Source: Sphaerodactylus townsendi
Lineage: Eukaryota
Reading direction: 5' to 3'
Length of the DNA stretch: 64,000 bases
Assembly (NCBI RefSeq): GCF_021028975.2
Contig: NC_059439.1
Span: 22,816,001 to 22,880,000 of the forward strand
Shown here: piece after piece, positions 12,428 to 25,217 of the stretch
Numbering within the stretch: the stretch's first letter is position 1
Layout: each line of letters begins with the position of its first letter
Program-made: the position numbers and the translations under genes
Notes under the pieces: model-generated
What the model saw: only the letters and a program-made list of their open reading frames with translations
Told to the model about the DNA's origin: nothing
Database searches by the model: none

Positions 12428-13824
12428 GCCTAATGGAACATTTCATTGGCCTAGTGGAATATCCAAATTACACATATTCTGTCCTCCTTAGGTGATGATT
12501 ATTATGTTAGAGTCTCTATAGAATTTTTGCCCAATGGATTAATACCTACTTTAAAGACACATTTGGAAACACCTCATTTCATTGCACATTTGTCAAATAA
12601 GAAACCAGATGATTTGGCTTTCAGTTGGGTGGAAATGGTCATCAGTAACATCACTGTTATCACCGTCTGTCAAATTTACTGAGCATGACCACTGATGCTT
12701 TTCAGAAGAAGAGGTACTATAAATAAACAAAAACTGAATATTACTTCCTGAGAAACAGGAACTGAGGTGAGTTTTTTATTTTTCCTTCTTTTTGAATTTA
12801 GGTAGACAAATAGTCAGCAGAAGTTTACCTTGGTGTAGGATTTCAAAATATTGCAGATTATAGATTGCATCCTAAAGGCTTTTCCATTGAAGAAAGAGGA
12901 AAGGGAAGGCCCCTTTTGACCTCTGCAAACATTCTGCCAGGAGTGTCAATGGGGGCTACCTATCTATTCCTATAGATGCACAGAAAACGTTATAAAGATA
13001 TCCAGAAAACAGACCTTACATCAGAAGAGAACAAAGCAGTAGGTGTTGAGTTAAACTAAGATCAGGGAAAACCAGGTTGGCAACCTCACTCTGCCATGAA
13101 AATTTGTTGGGACAATCACACATTCTCAGCCTAACCTTCCTCGTAAAGTTGTTATGAGGATAAAATGGAGAGAAGGATGATTTCAGATACTTTGGTTCCT
13201 CATTATGGAGAAAGGTAAATATAAATGTTGTTTTAAAAAGCAGTTAAAACCTTGGGTAAAAAGAAAAATTTCTGCATGGTGCCTAAAATACAGTATGGTA
13301 GTCCAATGCAGAGCATGCAGCATAGGAGAGATATGATCCCTATCACCAAACCCCATTAAGGGTTTCACAGTATCTTATTATTTATTTATTCATTTATTCA
13401 TTCATTCATTTGTTTGTTTTACTTAATATACTGCCCACTCCTGAAGGGCTCTTGGATTTTGGATCAATTAAAATGGTTGTTTCTTTTTCAAAAGGAGTCC
13501 CACGTCAAGCACATTACTTACTAGATTATTTGGTGAAAGGTTTTGACTACAACTAGATACACTATTGTTTTTATGTTTGCAAAAGATTATGGTACATTGT
13601 GAGGACATGTTTTGAATAAAATATCAGTAAAAGGTTACTTTAGGACCTAGACGATTTTATGCCTGGCTTGTAAGCAAACTCCAATCCCACAGTATTGGTA
13701 AAGTGCTTTTCCATATTGGACATGATAATTTTTTTGCGGGGGGGGGGGGGGTCAACCTACGGAGACCTTCACCATTCAGTGAACTCTCATGCCCCGAATC
13801 TTGTCATTTCTTGTTGCAGACAGA

Positions 13825-14602
13825 TGTGAAGAGCTCTTTACTGCTGATAAAAAACACCACACCATTGCTGGAATAAATTGGGCCGCAGCCCTTTTTATTG
13901 CCTGAAAGTATAAGAAGCTGGACGAGCAAGAGGAACACATCCTAGCCATCGGGGCAGCACCCTTGCTGAGCCCGGAACCATTCCCAATCTGTATTGGGGA
14001 ATGGGACAGGAAGTTACTGGATGTCACCTGGGCACAAACACATTCGTGACACCCCTTCCTGCCGGGGGTAGTGGGCTCGCTTGCAAAGGCTCCATGGCTT
14101 GCACCATGAACCTGCCCCCCCCCAAAACCTCTTAATGACGTCCCCAACTGTGGAGAGGTCCAGCTCGCAGGCTCGGCCTCTCCATAAAGGATGTGATCCT
14201 CTGCCGAAACCCGCCAAGGCTGCGGCAAAATATGCATAAGAACAATAACAGCATAACTACAACATTTGAAAACATGGGAAGGGAGGGTGGGTCGTTCAGA
14301 TTTTCCTCGGCCGATTAGGAGAGGCCACGGCAACCAAGGCAACATGGGAAGGGAGGGTGGGTCATTCAGATTTTCCTAGGCCGATTAGGAGAGGCCAAGG
14401 CAACCACGTGTTGCCTTTTATAGGCATGCACACCCCTATGGTGAAGTGCACAGGCCCCTGATACATGACTTGGGTTCTCTTCTCGAGCCCCTTAGATGGT
14501 GCGTGTGCACATGTCTAAAGGGATGGTGATTTTGCTGCCTGTCTCCTCTCCTGTCGCAGCTATGGCCCCCGGTGCATCTGGGGCCATGATTTATGAACTT
14601 CA
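13825..14602 (-). mobile_element. solo-LTR-like repeat
   Basis: Reverse complement shares blocks with 24464-25217 (GGCAGGAAGGGGTGTCAC, AGTAACTTCCTGT, AATAAA..GGGCTGCGGCC). TG...CA ends and an internal duplication of about 69 bp (14272/14341). No TSD found. Confidence 0.55.
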
Positions 14603-14760
14603 AAGTATTGTCTCAACTGCCTTCATCCATAGTTTATGCTCCCCATCCCAATCTTTTACTTATTGTGCAAACATTTGTCGATGTAAGAGTTTTCTTCTAA
14701 CAACTGAAGTACTCTTTTCACAGATTTATTGCCTAGGTCACCAGTGGTGGAATCATCAAA

Positions 14761-15699
14761 ATGAAGAACCATTCTGCAATTCAAGAGTTCATTTTGGTAG
14801 GACTTTCCAGTTCTCCTGAATATAACATGTTTATCTTTGGGGCCTTTTCCTCCCTTTATGCAGCTGCTCTGGTAGGCAACATCCTCATCATCCTTGCCAT
14901 CAGCCTCTGTAGCAAACTACACACCCCCATGTATTTCCTGTTGATCAACTTGTCCGTAATAAACGTGTGTTCTATCTCCACTACCATTCCCAAAATGCTA
15001 CAGAGTATTTTGGCTCAAAGAAAGACCATCCCGTTTTCAGGCTGCATTGTGCAGGTGTATCTTTTCACTTGGGCCCTGGGGACTGAGCTTCTTCTTCTTG
15101 CCTTCATGGCTTTTGACCGTTATGCAGCTATCTGCCAGCCTTTGCATTACGCAGTCATCATGAGGAAAGATGTCTGCACTGGAGTCATGACTGCACTCTG
15201 GCTTTTTGGGGCAATAAATTCTTCAGTTCACACTGGGCTTGTACTCCAGCTGGATTTCTGTGACTCTAACATTATCAATCACTTCTTCTGCGAGCTGCCC
15301 CCAATGCTCAAGATTTCCTGCTCAGACACCAGTTTGAATGAAATCATGGTGTTTGCAGCTTCCGTCATCATTGCAATGGGTAGCTGTGGGTTGACTTTGA
15401 CTTCCTATTGGTTTATCTTGAGAGCTATTGTCAAAATACGTTCTACTGAAGGGAAGAAGAAAGCCTTCTCAACATGCTCTTCGCATCTCTTGGTTGTCAC
15501 TTTTTACTACTCCACCATCATCTATACTTTTCTTCGGCCTGCCTCAGCCTATTCCCTTGAAGAAGACAAAGTGATAGCTATCCTTTACTCTGTAGTTACC
15601 CCCATCCTTAACCCACTTATATATTCTTTAAGAAATACTGATGTGAAAGAGGCTCTCACCAAGCTGATAAGCAAATGTTGGAACTTCAAGAACAGTTAA
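14761..15699 (+). CDS. olfactory receptor, OR13G1/OR13A1-like, intact 312 aa
   Basis: Single-exon 7TM ORF with N-glycosylation site NHS and motifs LHTPMYF, MAFDRYAAIC, HFFCE, KAFSTCSSHL, NPLIYSLRN. Acceptor TTTTCACAG at 14723. Confidence 0.96.
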   Translation: MKNHSAIQEFILVGLSSSPEYNMFIFGAFSSLYAAALVGNILIILAISLCSKLHTPMYFLLINLSVINVCSISTTIPKMLQSILAQRKTIPFSGCIVQVYLFTWALGTELLLLAFMAFDRYAAICQPLHYAVIMRKDVCTGVMTALWLFGAINSSVHTGLVLQLDFCDSNIINHFFCELPPMLKISCSDTSLNEIMVFAASVIIAMGSCGLTLTSYWFILRAIVKIRSTEGKKKAFSTCSSHLLVVTFYYSTIIYTFLRPASAYSLEEDKVIAILYSVVTPILNPLIYSLRNTDVKEALTKLISKCWNFKNS

Positions 15700-15828
15700 T
15701 TCTTACCTGTTTCCTGTCCAGAACTTTGTTTGTTGGCAATGTATCATAGAATAATTTGCTTATGTAAACCTGAGTGCAACATTAAAACAGCTAAACCTAA
15801 AGGCTTGAAATATTGTATATAAGAATAT

Positions 15829-16444
15829 GGCTGATTCCCCACAGTCAATTAATTGCGTGATACTCACACGAAATATCAAGGATTCAGGAAGAACTCCCCA
15901 CTGCCTGATAGACGAACAAGGATTCATCCTGGTTCTGGCGCTCATTCTCCCCCTTATCCGGCATCTTTGCCAAACCTGCTTGAAAGTACGACTTTTTTAA
16001 AAAAAACATGTCTTCAATCCAGTTGGCAGAGGAGGATCAGTGGTCTAATCCTGGTTCAAATTTCCTGCCATGGGGTGTGACGCAAATGCCTTACAACCAA
16101 TCAGTGTGCCTGGTGCTGTTATCGCAAGAGCACAAAAGAACGATAACCAACCAGAAACTTGGATGGGGGAGACGTGCTGACGTGTTGACATCATAACGTA
16201 AGCATGTTTTTGCAGGAGAAAAAAAAAAGGTCCTGTCCCAACACAGCAAAACAACCAATCAGGAGAGACCCACCAAGCTGATCACGTGGTAGTGGGGATT
16301 GTTACATTTCTTGAATCCGAGACAGGCCTAGATGTCTTCACTGGAAAGAGGCTGTGGTGGGGAGGTTGAAATCTCGATGAAAAGGTGCAGTTTATTTTGA
16401 AACTTGATTTAATATAGATTGAATTTTCCAGTGGGGATTTGGCC
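15829..16444. mobile_element. Harbinger-like MITE with CCAAT repeats
   Basis: TIR GGCTGATTCCCCAC / GTGGGGATTTGGCC with internal AACCAATCAG repeats. The TSD is not conserved. Confidence 0.5.
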
Positions 16445-17059
16445 CAGGATGACTACAATGTGAATTGGATTTAACCGGTTTTTCTAATGACATCATTGAA
16501 AGAAGGGATCCCCTTTGACTATCAAATAAGATTAAAAGAGTAGTGGTTTTTTTGTGGGGTCCTATGCTGTGATATTATAATTCATTTTAATAGATGTCTA
16601 TACACAAATGTTGGGTTTTTGTCTTCATTAGTAGAATTATCTGCCTTCTCGGTGAGAACCAGTGTTGTCTGTTGGTCAGAGTACAGGACTGGGGCTGAAC
16701 AAAATTCACATTCAGATCCTCAGTCTGCCATGAAGTTCACTGGATGACCTTGGGCTAGTCATGCTCTCCTTCCTCAACATAATCCACAGCATTGTTGGTA
16801 AAATACAATGGAGAAGGAAGAACCACTTGAGCGTCCCCTGAGCTTACTGAAGGAAGGATACAATTAAAATGAACTATGCAGATGCATTTTTTTCATCAAG
16901 AATTCTCACTTTGGGGAAGACTAAAATCTGGCAGGCTAATGTAGAAAACAAATATTGCGCTGGATGCTTGGTCTGACCCAGCAAACCTTTTCTTATGCGC
17001 ATATGTTCATGGTCTAATAGAGGCAAATAGCCACAAGGTGGCACATAGACGTCAATTAA

Positions 17060-17197
17060 GGCCCCTTCCACACATGCAGAATAATACACTTTCAATGGTT
17101 TGCAAGTGGATTTTGCTGTTCCACACAGTATAATCCAGCTTCAAGATGCATTAAAAGTGGATTGAAAGTGCATTATTCTGCATGCGCGGAAGGGACC
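17060..17197. mobile_element. short palindromic Harbinger-type MITE
   Basis: TIR GGCCCCTTCCACACATGCAGAATAAT; TAA on the left flank. Confidence 0.8.
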
Positions 17198-17507
17198 CTG
17201 GTCACAGCTTCACCACGCATCTACTCCAAGTTACAGTTACTGGATTCCCAAATCTGTTGGGCTTGCTTCCATTTCTTATGCTTTACTGCCACCACATGTT
17301 CAGCCTGATTCAATGCACTGATTCCAACTGTTCCATCTCTGCCCCCAGGTGAACCCTATTACTTTCTGAACTTAAGCCACTAAAATGGGAAGCAGATCAG
17401 TTCTGCCAGAAGGAAAAGTTTACGAATGTCAACATTCTTCCCAGCATAAAACTGTGCTCCTGCCTGGGTTTTTTCACTTATTCATGCTGATGTTATCTCT
17501 TCTCTCA

Positions 17508-17648
17508 GACTCGTTCCACACATGCAGAATAATGCCCTTTCGAGCTGCTTTCAGTGCTCTTGGAAGCTGTGCGGAATGGCAAAATCCACTTGCAAACAGT
17601 GGTGAAAGTGGTTTGAAAACGCATTATTTTGCCTGTGCGGAAGGGACC
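17508..17648. mobile_element. short palindromic Harbinger-type MITE
   Basis: Same family TIR; 3-bp TSD TCA. Confidence 0.8.
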
Positions 17649-18269
17649 TCAGCCACAGTTGGACTCATTTTTGTATGAGGGGCTCCACTCACTAATTCAG
17701 GAGCTCCAAAATTTAATAGTCTTTTGAATACTGAGTGAGAAATTCTGTCTCCTGCTAACAGGGTTGCAGCAAGACCAGATGTAGCAACAACAAGAGTGAT
17801 CATCTTTTTTTTATAGCAAGGTGTAGTCAAAACTAGGTTAAGAATAAACACCATGCTCCACCCTTATCACTAATGGGAAGGCAGAAAAGGATGAATCAAT
17901 GTATGGCTCTTGTGGCCTTTTCTTATAGGCCCAGGGTAATGCTGCTTGCCACTTTGGGGTGAGGAAGGAAATTTCCTCCAGGACCAGTCGGTCAAGGAGG
18001 TGTTTTGCCTTCCTTTGGGCATAAAGGTCACTGAGGAAATGGGAGAAAGTAGCTATGAATTTCCTGGGTTGTGCAGGGGTTAGATTAGTGTGTGGTTTTA
18101 GACAGAATGGTAGTAGTGCCTTCCAAAGGTGACAGTAGTTTTAACATCTAGCCCCAAGCATGATCAGTCTGCTTGGGAGAGAATGCCTGATCCACTTGTA
18201 TCACACTAGCCCTTAAAACCTTCACACATTAAAACAATCTTAACTCTGATGTGCGCAGTTTAATATACA

Positions 18270-18950
18270 CAGCGCGCCCAGACCTATTTGCCTCCAAATG
18301 GTATCAACTTCTCAAATCAACAATTTTTCTCAATAGGTTTATTACTGGAAGATCTCTGTATGCTGACACCCAGAGAAATTTTCCAAACCTTGAAAAGTAA
18401 ACTTCTAGAACAGGAATATCATATCTTGTTGGGGCAAGCAAATAAATCATGCTCACCCCTCTCTGTCGGAATAATACCGGAACAGGGGCACATAGCCAAA
18501 TATCTTGAATTATTAACTGAACCCCAACAGAGATGGATTATCACAAGGGGCAGATCCAATACCTTCCCATCGGCCATTACGAAGGGTCGCTACTTATCCA
18601 TACCTCTTCAGGATCGGGTTTGTCCACACTGTAAAAAGCAAGTGGAGACTCTTGCTCACATTATACTTGACTGTCCAAGATATGTGGGCATTAGGATTTT
18701 CTCTCCCAGGTTGGCCCTAGACAAATCTGAATGCGACTCTGACTGTTCTGTTGTGGAGCTTCTGTTAAACAACACAGATGTCATGCTCTTGGAAAAAGTA
18801 GCAAAATTCCTTTTACAAGTGACCGAACTTTCTAAGTAATGTATACTGCTATATAGTCTTCCTGTCTGCGCTTTGAATGTACTCTTGATTTGTATTTCAA
18901 AAATGTCTGGCAATGCTCTAGAACCTATATTTAAATGCCAAATAAAGGTT
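18270..18950 (+). mobile_element. RTE-X-like LINE 3' fragment
   Basis: ORF 18288-18839 has a C-terminal CxxC...H...C knuckle (RVCPHC..ETLAHIILDCP), followed by AATAAAGG. Confidence 0.75.
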
Positions 18951-20212
18951 AAAACAATCTTATTCATGGTATGATTTCTGAGGGTGGCAACTCAAAAAAC
19001 AACATGTGCATCTGTACTTGGACTTGGCAACAATAATAAAGACATTTGTGTAAGTCATGGTTAAATTATTGCTATTCCTTTCATGTCAGGGAATCCCTCT
19101 GGAAAACTGAAACCTCAGCATGTGGAGAAACCTGTCTATAGGCCCGGCGATCACACCTACAGAGCTTTGTGATGAACAATGATGCCCAGAGAGCTGAAAA
19201 TGTCTTTTGCTAACTGCATGGAGACGTTTGCCAAAGGAGTTTCACTCAATTGCAGTGGAATGTTAATGCAAACATTCCTTTAGTTTATGGCCACCTAATG
19301 GAATTAAAGAAAGGAACTATTTGCTGTACACAAGGGACACAATTAAATGACCTGACACCCGTACCATTCCAATCTCCCTTCTAAATTCACACTGGAGCTG
19401 CTGATTCTGCTGGGTGTTTTGCTCACCCATGTTCAATTAATGAAACTCATTTTAATTTTTAATCACCCTCACTGGGATCTCTTCTCAGAGGTTGACACTG
19501 CTCCTATGTGGATTTTTGAATAATGGTTCCCTGTGGGCTCTATTAGGATTTCATGTAACTTTGTTTCTAAACTTGCCTTTAATTTCTCGAGCAGGAGAAA
19601 TTAATGCTTTCTGGGATTCCAGCCAGTTTACAGTCCTTAAAATGAATATCAATTAATTAACAAATTGTGAACATAGAAGGTAGCTTAATTGCTGGAAAAT
19701 AGAGGAGTTTTACCAATGATTTTCAAATTTGCATGGGCTGTGCTATAGCTGGCCAAAGCCTGTGACCTAGTTGTAACCATACAGAAACCCCTAGGACTTT
19801 AAATGGGATTCTCCTGCTGCAAAGTGTCTCCACTTGAGCTGATCCACTATTTTACCAATCCATTCTCTCCATGAAAATGGAGGTTGCTCTCTGCTGCCTG
19901 CTTTTGTGTGTCATCTGGGGTCTAACATTATTTTGCTGGACCATGTAAATGTCATGTAGATTTTACAAGTCTACTGTTCCAGCAATAGCCTGGCAGTGTT
20001 AAAATAATAATAAGTTACAGTGACTATGGCACAAACCAGCTTAGGTTGTCCCAATGGTAATCAGCACCCTGGCTGCCATTCCAAAAATGCAAGGGAAGTA
20101 CTTGAAACATCTTCAAAGGGACAAAATCAACATCTGTCAGATTCAGAAGGCAGCCCAGCTGGGATCCATACAAATACTATGTCAATACATTAGAACTTCC
20201 TAGGTGTCTGGG

Positions 20213-20313
20213 TCGTGGTGGGATATAGCAGGTTCACACCACTTTGGCAGAACCGGTTGTTAAAATTGTGCTTGTAAACAACCAGTTGTTAAATTATTTG
20301 AATCCCACCACTG
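20213..20313. mobile_element. hAT MITE
   Basis: TIR (C/T)xGTGGTGGGAT; 8-bp flanks TGTCTGGG/CATCTGGG, consistent with CpG decay of an ancestral CGTCTGGG. Confidence 0.65.
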
Positions 20314-20388
20314 CATCTGGGTGAGGCTCCAATTGTAATGAAAGGCCAACAACCCACTAAAGTACTGACAGCTGTGATGATGATAATA

Positions 20389-20556
20389 NNNNNNNNNNNN
20401 NNNNNNNNNNNNNNNNNNNNNNNNNNNNNNNNNNNNNNNNNNNNNNNNNNNNNNNNNNNNNNNNNNNNNNNNNNNNNNNNNNNNNNNNNNNNNNNNNNNN
20501 NNNNNNNNNNNNNNNNNNNNNNNNNNNNNNNNNNNNNNNNNNNNNNNNNNNNNNNN
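20389..20556. other. assembly gap
   Basis: N run. Confidence 1.
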
Positions 20557-20908
20557 GAACTGCTATTGGGTGGACAGGGGAAGGCAAAGGAGTGAGGAAA
20601 AAACCAATGCAAGCCAAATGCATGCTGTCTCCCTTCACTTTCCCTGCCAAGGGAGAGAAAAAGTTGCACTTTCAGAGGTTTCTGAAATGACGAAGATTAT
20701 CTGATCTGTGACACTGTGAGTTCAGGAGAGGGAAAAACATGTGCATTATGGAGAATGTAACCTGAAAGGAATTTACAGTCAATGAGAAGGTGACCACAAG
20801 CATTTAAATGGCCTTAAACAACTTCTGACTTTCTCTGTTGGCCTTCCTCTTCCCCTCCCCCAATTAAAAGGGCAATGCAGAATTAGCTGGCAACATTGTT
20901 TTACCATA

Positions 20909-21125
20909 GGCCCTTTCTTCATGGGTCAAAAAACAAAGGTTAAGGGTGGGATAAAACCTGGGTTGGGGGAAACTTCGCATGGATCCTGCTCCTGAAGCGA
21001 GTCTGATCCACGTTCCCCCTCAACCTGGGTTCATGGGACAGCCAGCCATGCAAACGGCCCGTGGTTATGCCAGGTTGGTTTATTCCAGCTGCAATCCAGC
21101 CTATATTTGCTGTGCAGAAAGGGCC
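20909..21125. mobile_element. Harbinger-type MITE
   Basis: TIR GGCCCTTTCT / AGAAAGGGCC with 3-bp TSD ATA. Confidence 0.75.
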
Positions 21126-21814
21126 ATAGTGTTTACAGCTATTCCTTTGCAGGCATGAAAGAAATCCAGAAGTGATGTCACACATCGACATCTTCCCCCC
21201 ACCCCAATGTACTTGTCTCATTTCCACTGTAAAGTCTTCAGCTAGTTTCCAGTCCCTGGTCACCTAACAGCAACTCTAGTTGATCAGCATAGTTTGAAAC
21301 TTAATGCTGACCTACAATGGGGTGATAGTGATGATGCCATGTTCCTCCCCATGTACATGCTATGAGAAATGAGGCACAAAAACACTGCAGTGATACGGTT
21401 GCTCACTTGCTGGTAGCCTTAGTGAGCATCACTCACAATCAAAAGGAGAGTGACGGGGAAAATACTGGTTAAGTATATCAGCTTAAGTCTCATGACTTTT
21501 ATATGGGTCAGGTGTACAATAATGCCATTTTGAACAGTAATATCTATGCCTATGAAAAGCACGTTGGAAATCACATAATTTCTTAGAGTTGTAGAATAAT
21601 CAGAAACCCAGTGTACATAAAAGCCAAAAACATATTTTGGGTAGATACTTGGGGTTGTTTCTTTTTTCTACTTCAATCTTAATAAGGGAAATGGCATGGG
21701 AGAAGGGAGTAGGGGTGTAAATACCTATTTCTCTACAAAAAAACCCCTATTTACAAAAAAATACAAATCAATATTCACAGTCATCCGTCCCTACAAGTCT
21801 TCAAATATTCCTCA

Positions 21815-22113
21815 GAGACCCAGTGTGGTATAGTGGTTAAGGGCAGATGGGCTCTAATCTGGAGAACTGGGTTTGATTCCCAAGTACTCCACATGAACAG
21901 CAGACTCTTATCTGGTGAACTGGATTTGTTTCCCCAGTCTTCCACATGAAGCCTGTTGGGTAACTGTGGGCTAGTCACCGTCCTTCAGAACTCTTCACCT
22001 ACCTCACAAGGTATCTGCTGTGGAAAGAGGAAGGAAAAAAAGAGTTTGTAAGCTGCCTTGAGATTCCTCACAGGAGAGGAAGGCAGCACATAAATCCAAA
22101 CTCTTCTTCTTCT
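21815..22113 (+). mobile_element. Squam3-like tRNA-derived SINE
   Basis: A box TGGTATAGTGG, B box GGTTTGATTCC, (TCT)n tail. Confidence 0.75.
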
Positions 22114-23419
22114 TTGGAAAAAAATGGTACCAGAATTAAGAACTGCTCATGATTTCCCTTTATCCCAATAAGTATAGTCTATTGGTATGTGCTTTGTTGC
22201 TTTTTTAAATGGATTGCCCTAATTTTTGTTCATTGTCTTGAACCTCTGACTAAGGCAGAAAGGGGGCCTTAAAAATGCTCTAAATAAATAAATACATAAC
22301 ACATACTTCATGTAAGGCCAAATGATTCACAAGAGAATTCCAGCTTCATGCACAGATTGTGTCTGTATACTTGGATAGAATCACTGCTGGAGTGGACAAG
22401 TGGCATGCGTGCTACTGTACTATTTTTTATCATTGCAGAAGTAGGAACAGAAGAAGACGGTTGTGGCCATTCCAGGTGGGGTGGGAAAAGGGAATCAGGG
22501 AGGCTATAATCACTGTAGACTGTAATTTGCCATTCCTTTAACTGCTGAGTTGTGTGACACATGAATGGGAATATCACTGCACAAAAGTGGAGAGAAAATG
22601 TGCTGAGACATCCACCCGCAAAGACAAACAAAATGCAAGGGGTGGTTGACGTCAATATAACAATTTCTTTTTTTTTGTCAAACTTTAACCAGTGTTACCA
22701 GTTTTATGTTTTAACTGAATGAAATAGGATCTTTACTTAGAGCTGGATTTCATGCTGAAAGAGTTTCCTTGCTAACAGCTCCCTTCGGGCCCCATTAGAG
22801 TTACAGAAACTTCATTTCCTGTGGAGATTTTTATTCCTGGAGAGACCAATCACTGTCTCAGTGTTTCTGGCCCTCACGGGAGTCACTGAAGTGATTTCTG
22901 TGGACCTCATCATGACAAATTCTCAGAAGGGTCATTAGTTAACAAGGAATATTGAAGACGAAAAATCACCTGGGAAGAACCGCATTTTGTTGACACCTAG
23001 GCAATCCTCCCCATGTGACTAATTGGCAAAAGAAAAAAAATCTCTTTTTTGTAAGGAGTTACAACTAAGATGAAGTGCTAATGAAGCAGGCTATAATGAT
23101 TTGGATTCTATATTTTTTTTAATCTTTGAATTATTATGTGCCATAACAGTTGCTAACTTATACAAAATATTGTTGAAACAGAAGATGTATTCAATGAAGC
23201 TAGTAAATCTATCTTTACAAGAGTACAAATGCTTGCATCAGGTCAGGCCTGGGGTTATTTCTGAATTACAATTTATCTTCAGACCATAGACAATGGAGAA
23301 AATGGAAGCTTCAGAGGGTAGACTCTGTGGGGTATCGTAGACTCTAGATGAAATCCCTCCCATAATTCCCCTCCACACTCTCTACCCTCAGATCTCCAGG
23401 AATTTCTTGTGCTACAGCC

Positions 23420-23630
23420 AATGAAATATAGTGGTTAGCAGTGATGGACTCCAATCTGGAGGACCAGGTTCGATTCCTTGCTTTTCCATGTGGAGTCTGC
23501 TGGGTGATCTTGGGCCAGTTTTGGCTCTCTTAGCACTCTCTCAGCCCACACAGAGGCAGGCAATGGCAAACCATCTTTGAAAATCTCATCTGGAAAACCC
23601 TATGGTGTTGCCATAAGTCCATCACTTTCC
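23420..23630 (+). mobile_element. degenerate tRNA-derived SINE
   Basis: TAGTGGTTAG and GGTTCGATTCC boxes; body similar to 21815. Confidence 0.55.
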
Positions 23631-24463
23631 ACTACCAGAGCTGGCAACTCTAGGAGCAATCCACCAATCCTTCATGACAACTGTTCTGTCTATCATGTAA
23701 TGGCACACAGCATTCATTATTTATGTATTTTGCTATATCAAATGCTTTGAAGAAGGTCATATTTCAATATCTGGTTATGTTCAGCTAAGGAAACTCAGCT
23801 AGTTAGTGCTGAGAAAGAGCAGACTGAGAGGACTGCCGTTCAAATTTGTCAGTAACCAGTGGTTTGAATTGTTACATGGCATTTTTTCGTATTCTTTTTT
23901 AGGTAGTAGCAGCCAATGTATGAAATAATCATCTTGAAAAATAAACCATATGTACGTATTTTCTGATCTTGTAGCCCTCCAAATCATGTTCTGGAACATC
24001 CCTAGAACAATCAAACTCCACTCATTGTCAAAAATGGAAAGGAGCCAGTCAGCACCTTACAATTTGTTTTAACTTGCTGGTAGTCATTTAACTCAAAAGT
24101 GCCCTGACACTGCAAAAGTATTTACAATATTTACAGACTTTGTTTAAAAAATTGTGAGTGCACATTCATGACACAAGCACCAGGTGGAAGCAGAGGACAA
24201 ACCATGGGACGTGGAAACATATAGCTACATCAATTCAGTTGTTGACATCAAGATGCCATGTAAAATGCAACTATCAAATAAAATACTTGTTGCAGTTCAC
24301 AGTGAATGGTTCTTACTAGACTATCTGAATTACTGTTGTTTCATCTTACCTACCAAACCTATTGTGAAGAATTCTGCTCCATTTTGGCTTGTTTTACCAA
24401 TGGAGCTCACAGTTATGAAACTTTTTGTTATATTTGTCCTTGTTTTTGTTAACACACTAGTTA

Positions 24464-25217
24464 TGTGAATGCTTTCATTCGCTGCCCCCATACATACTTC
24501 TGCCTTCCTAGGCTCTGGCAAAGCGCGCCCCAGGCTTCAGCCTGGCGGCGCCATTGCAGCAGGGGAGGAAGGAGTGGAAAGCCTCCCCTGCCTGCCGGCC
24601 GGCCGAAGCAGTCACGTGGCCGGGTACCGGCATGTGACTGGGGCCAGGCAGCCTATAAGAGGCTGCGCCAGCAGGGACCGTCCTCTTTTGAGGCCGACAG
24701 CAGCAAAGGCCCTCCCTTCCCTCCCATTTTGAATGGTTATTGGGGTTTATTTATTGTTATGCTTTGTCGCAGTTCACTAGGCGGTGTGGGCATAAGAGCA
24801 CATCCTATTTTGGGAAGGCAGTAGCTTGCATGCCGGTCCTTCCCACGGGGGCCTCCATATGAGGTCCGCGGTGGCGATAGAGCTCGTGAAGGCAAGTCTT
24901 GGGGCCACACTGAGAGCTTGCTGCCTGGCAGGAAGGGGTGTCACAAAATGGGTTTGCGTCCACGTAGCACCTAGTAACTTCCTGTGCCAGTTCCCTCGGG
25001 GGATGTGCCGGACAGGGGTTCTGTCTGAAGGGCCTAAGGGGTCAGCTTGGGCTGCCCTATAACCAGGTTCAGTGGCTTGCTACCTGGGGGTCAGGATGTG
25101 CTCTGTTATGCTCGCCCAGCTTCAAGGTTATAGTATATGTTAAATAAATTGGGCTGCGGCCGATTTCTTTTCCAACAAAAAGATGTGTCCTGGTCATTAT
25201 TGGAACGAGTCTCCACA
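24464..25217 (+). mobile_element. solo-LTR-like repeat
   Basis: TG...CA ends, TATAAGA at 24654, AATAAA at 25143. Homologous to 13825-14602 and, at the 3' end, to about 60005-60470. Confidence 0.55.
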
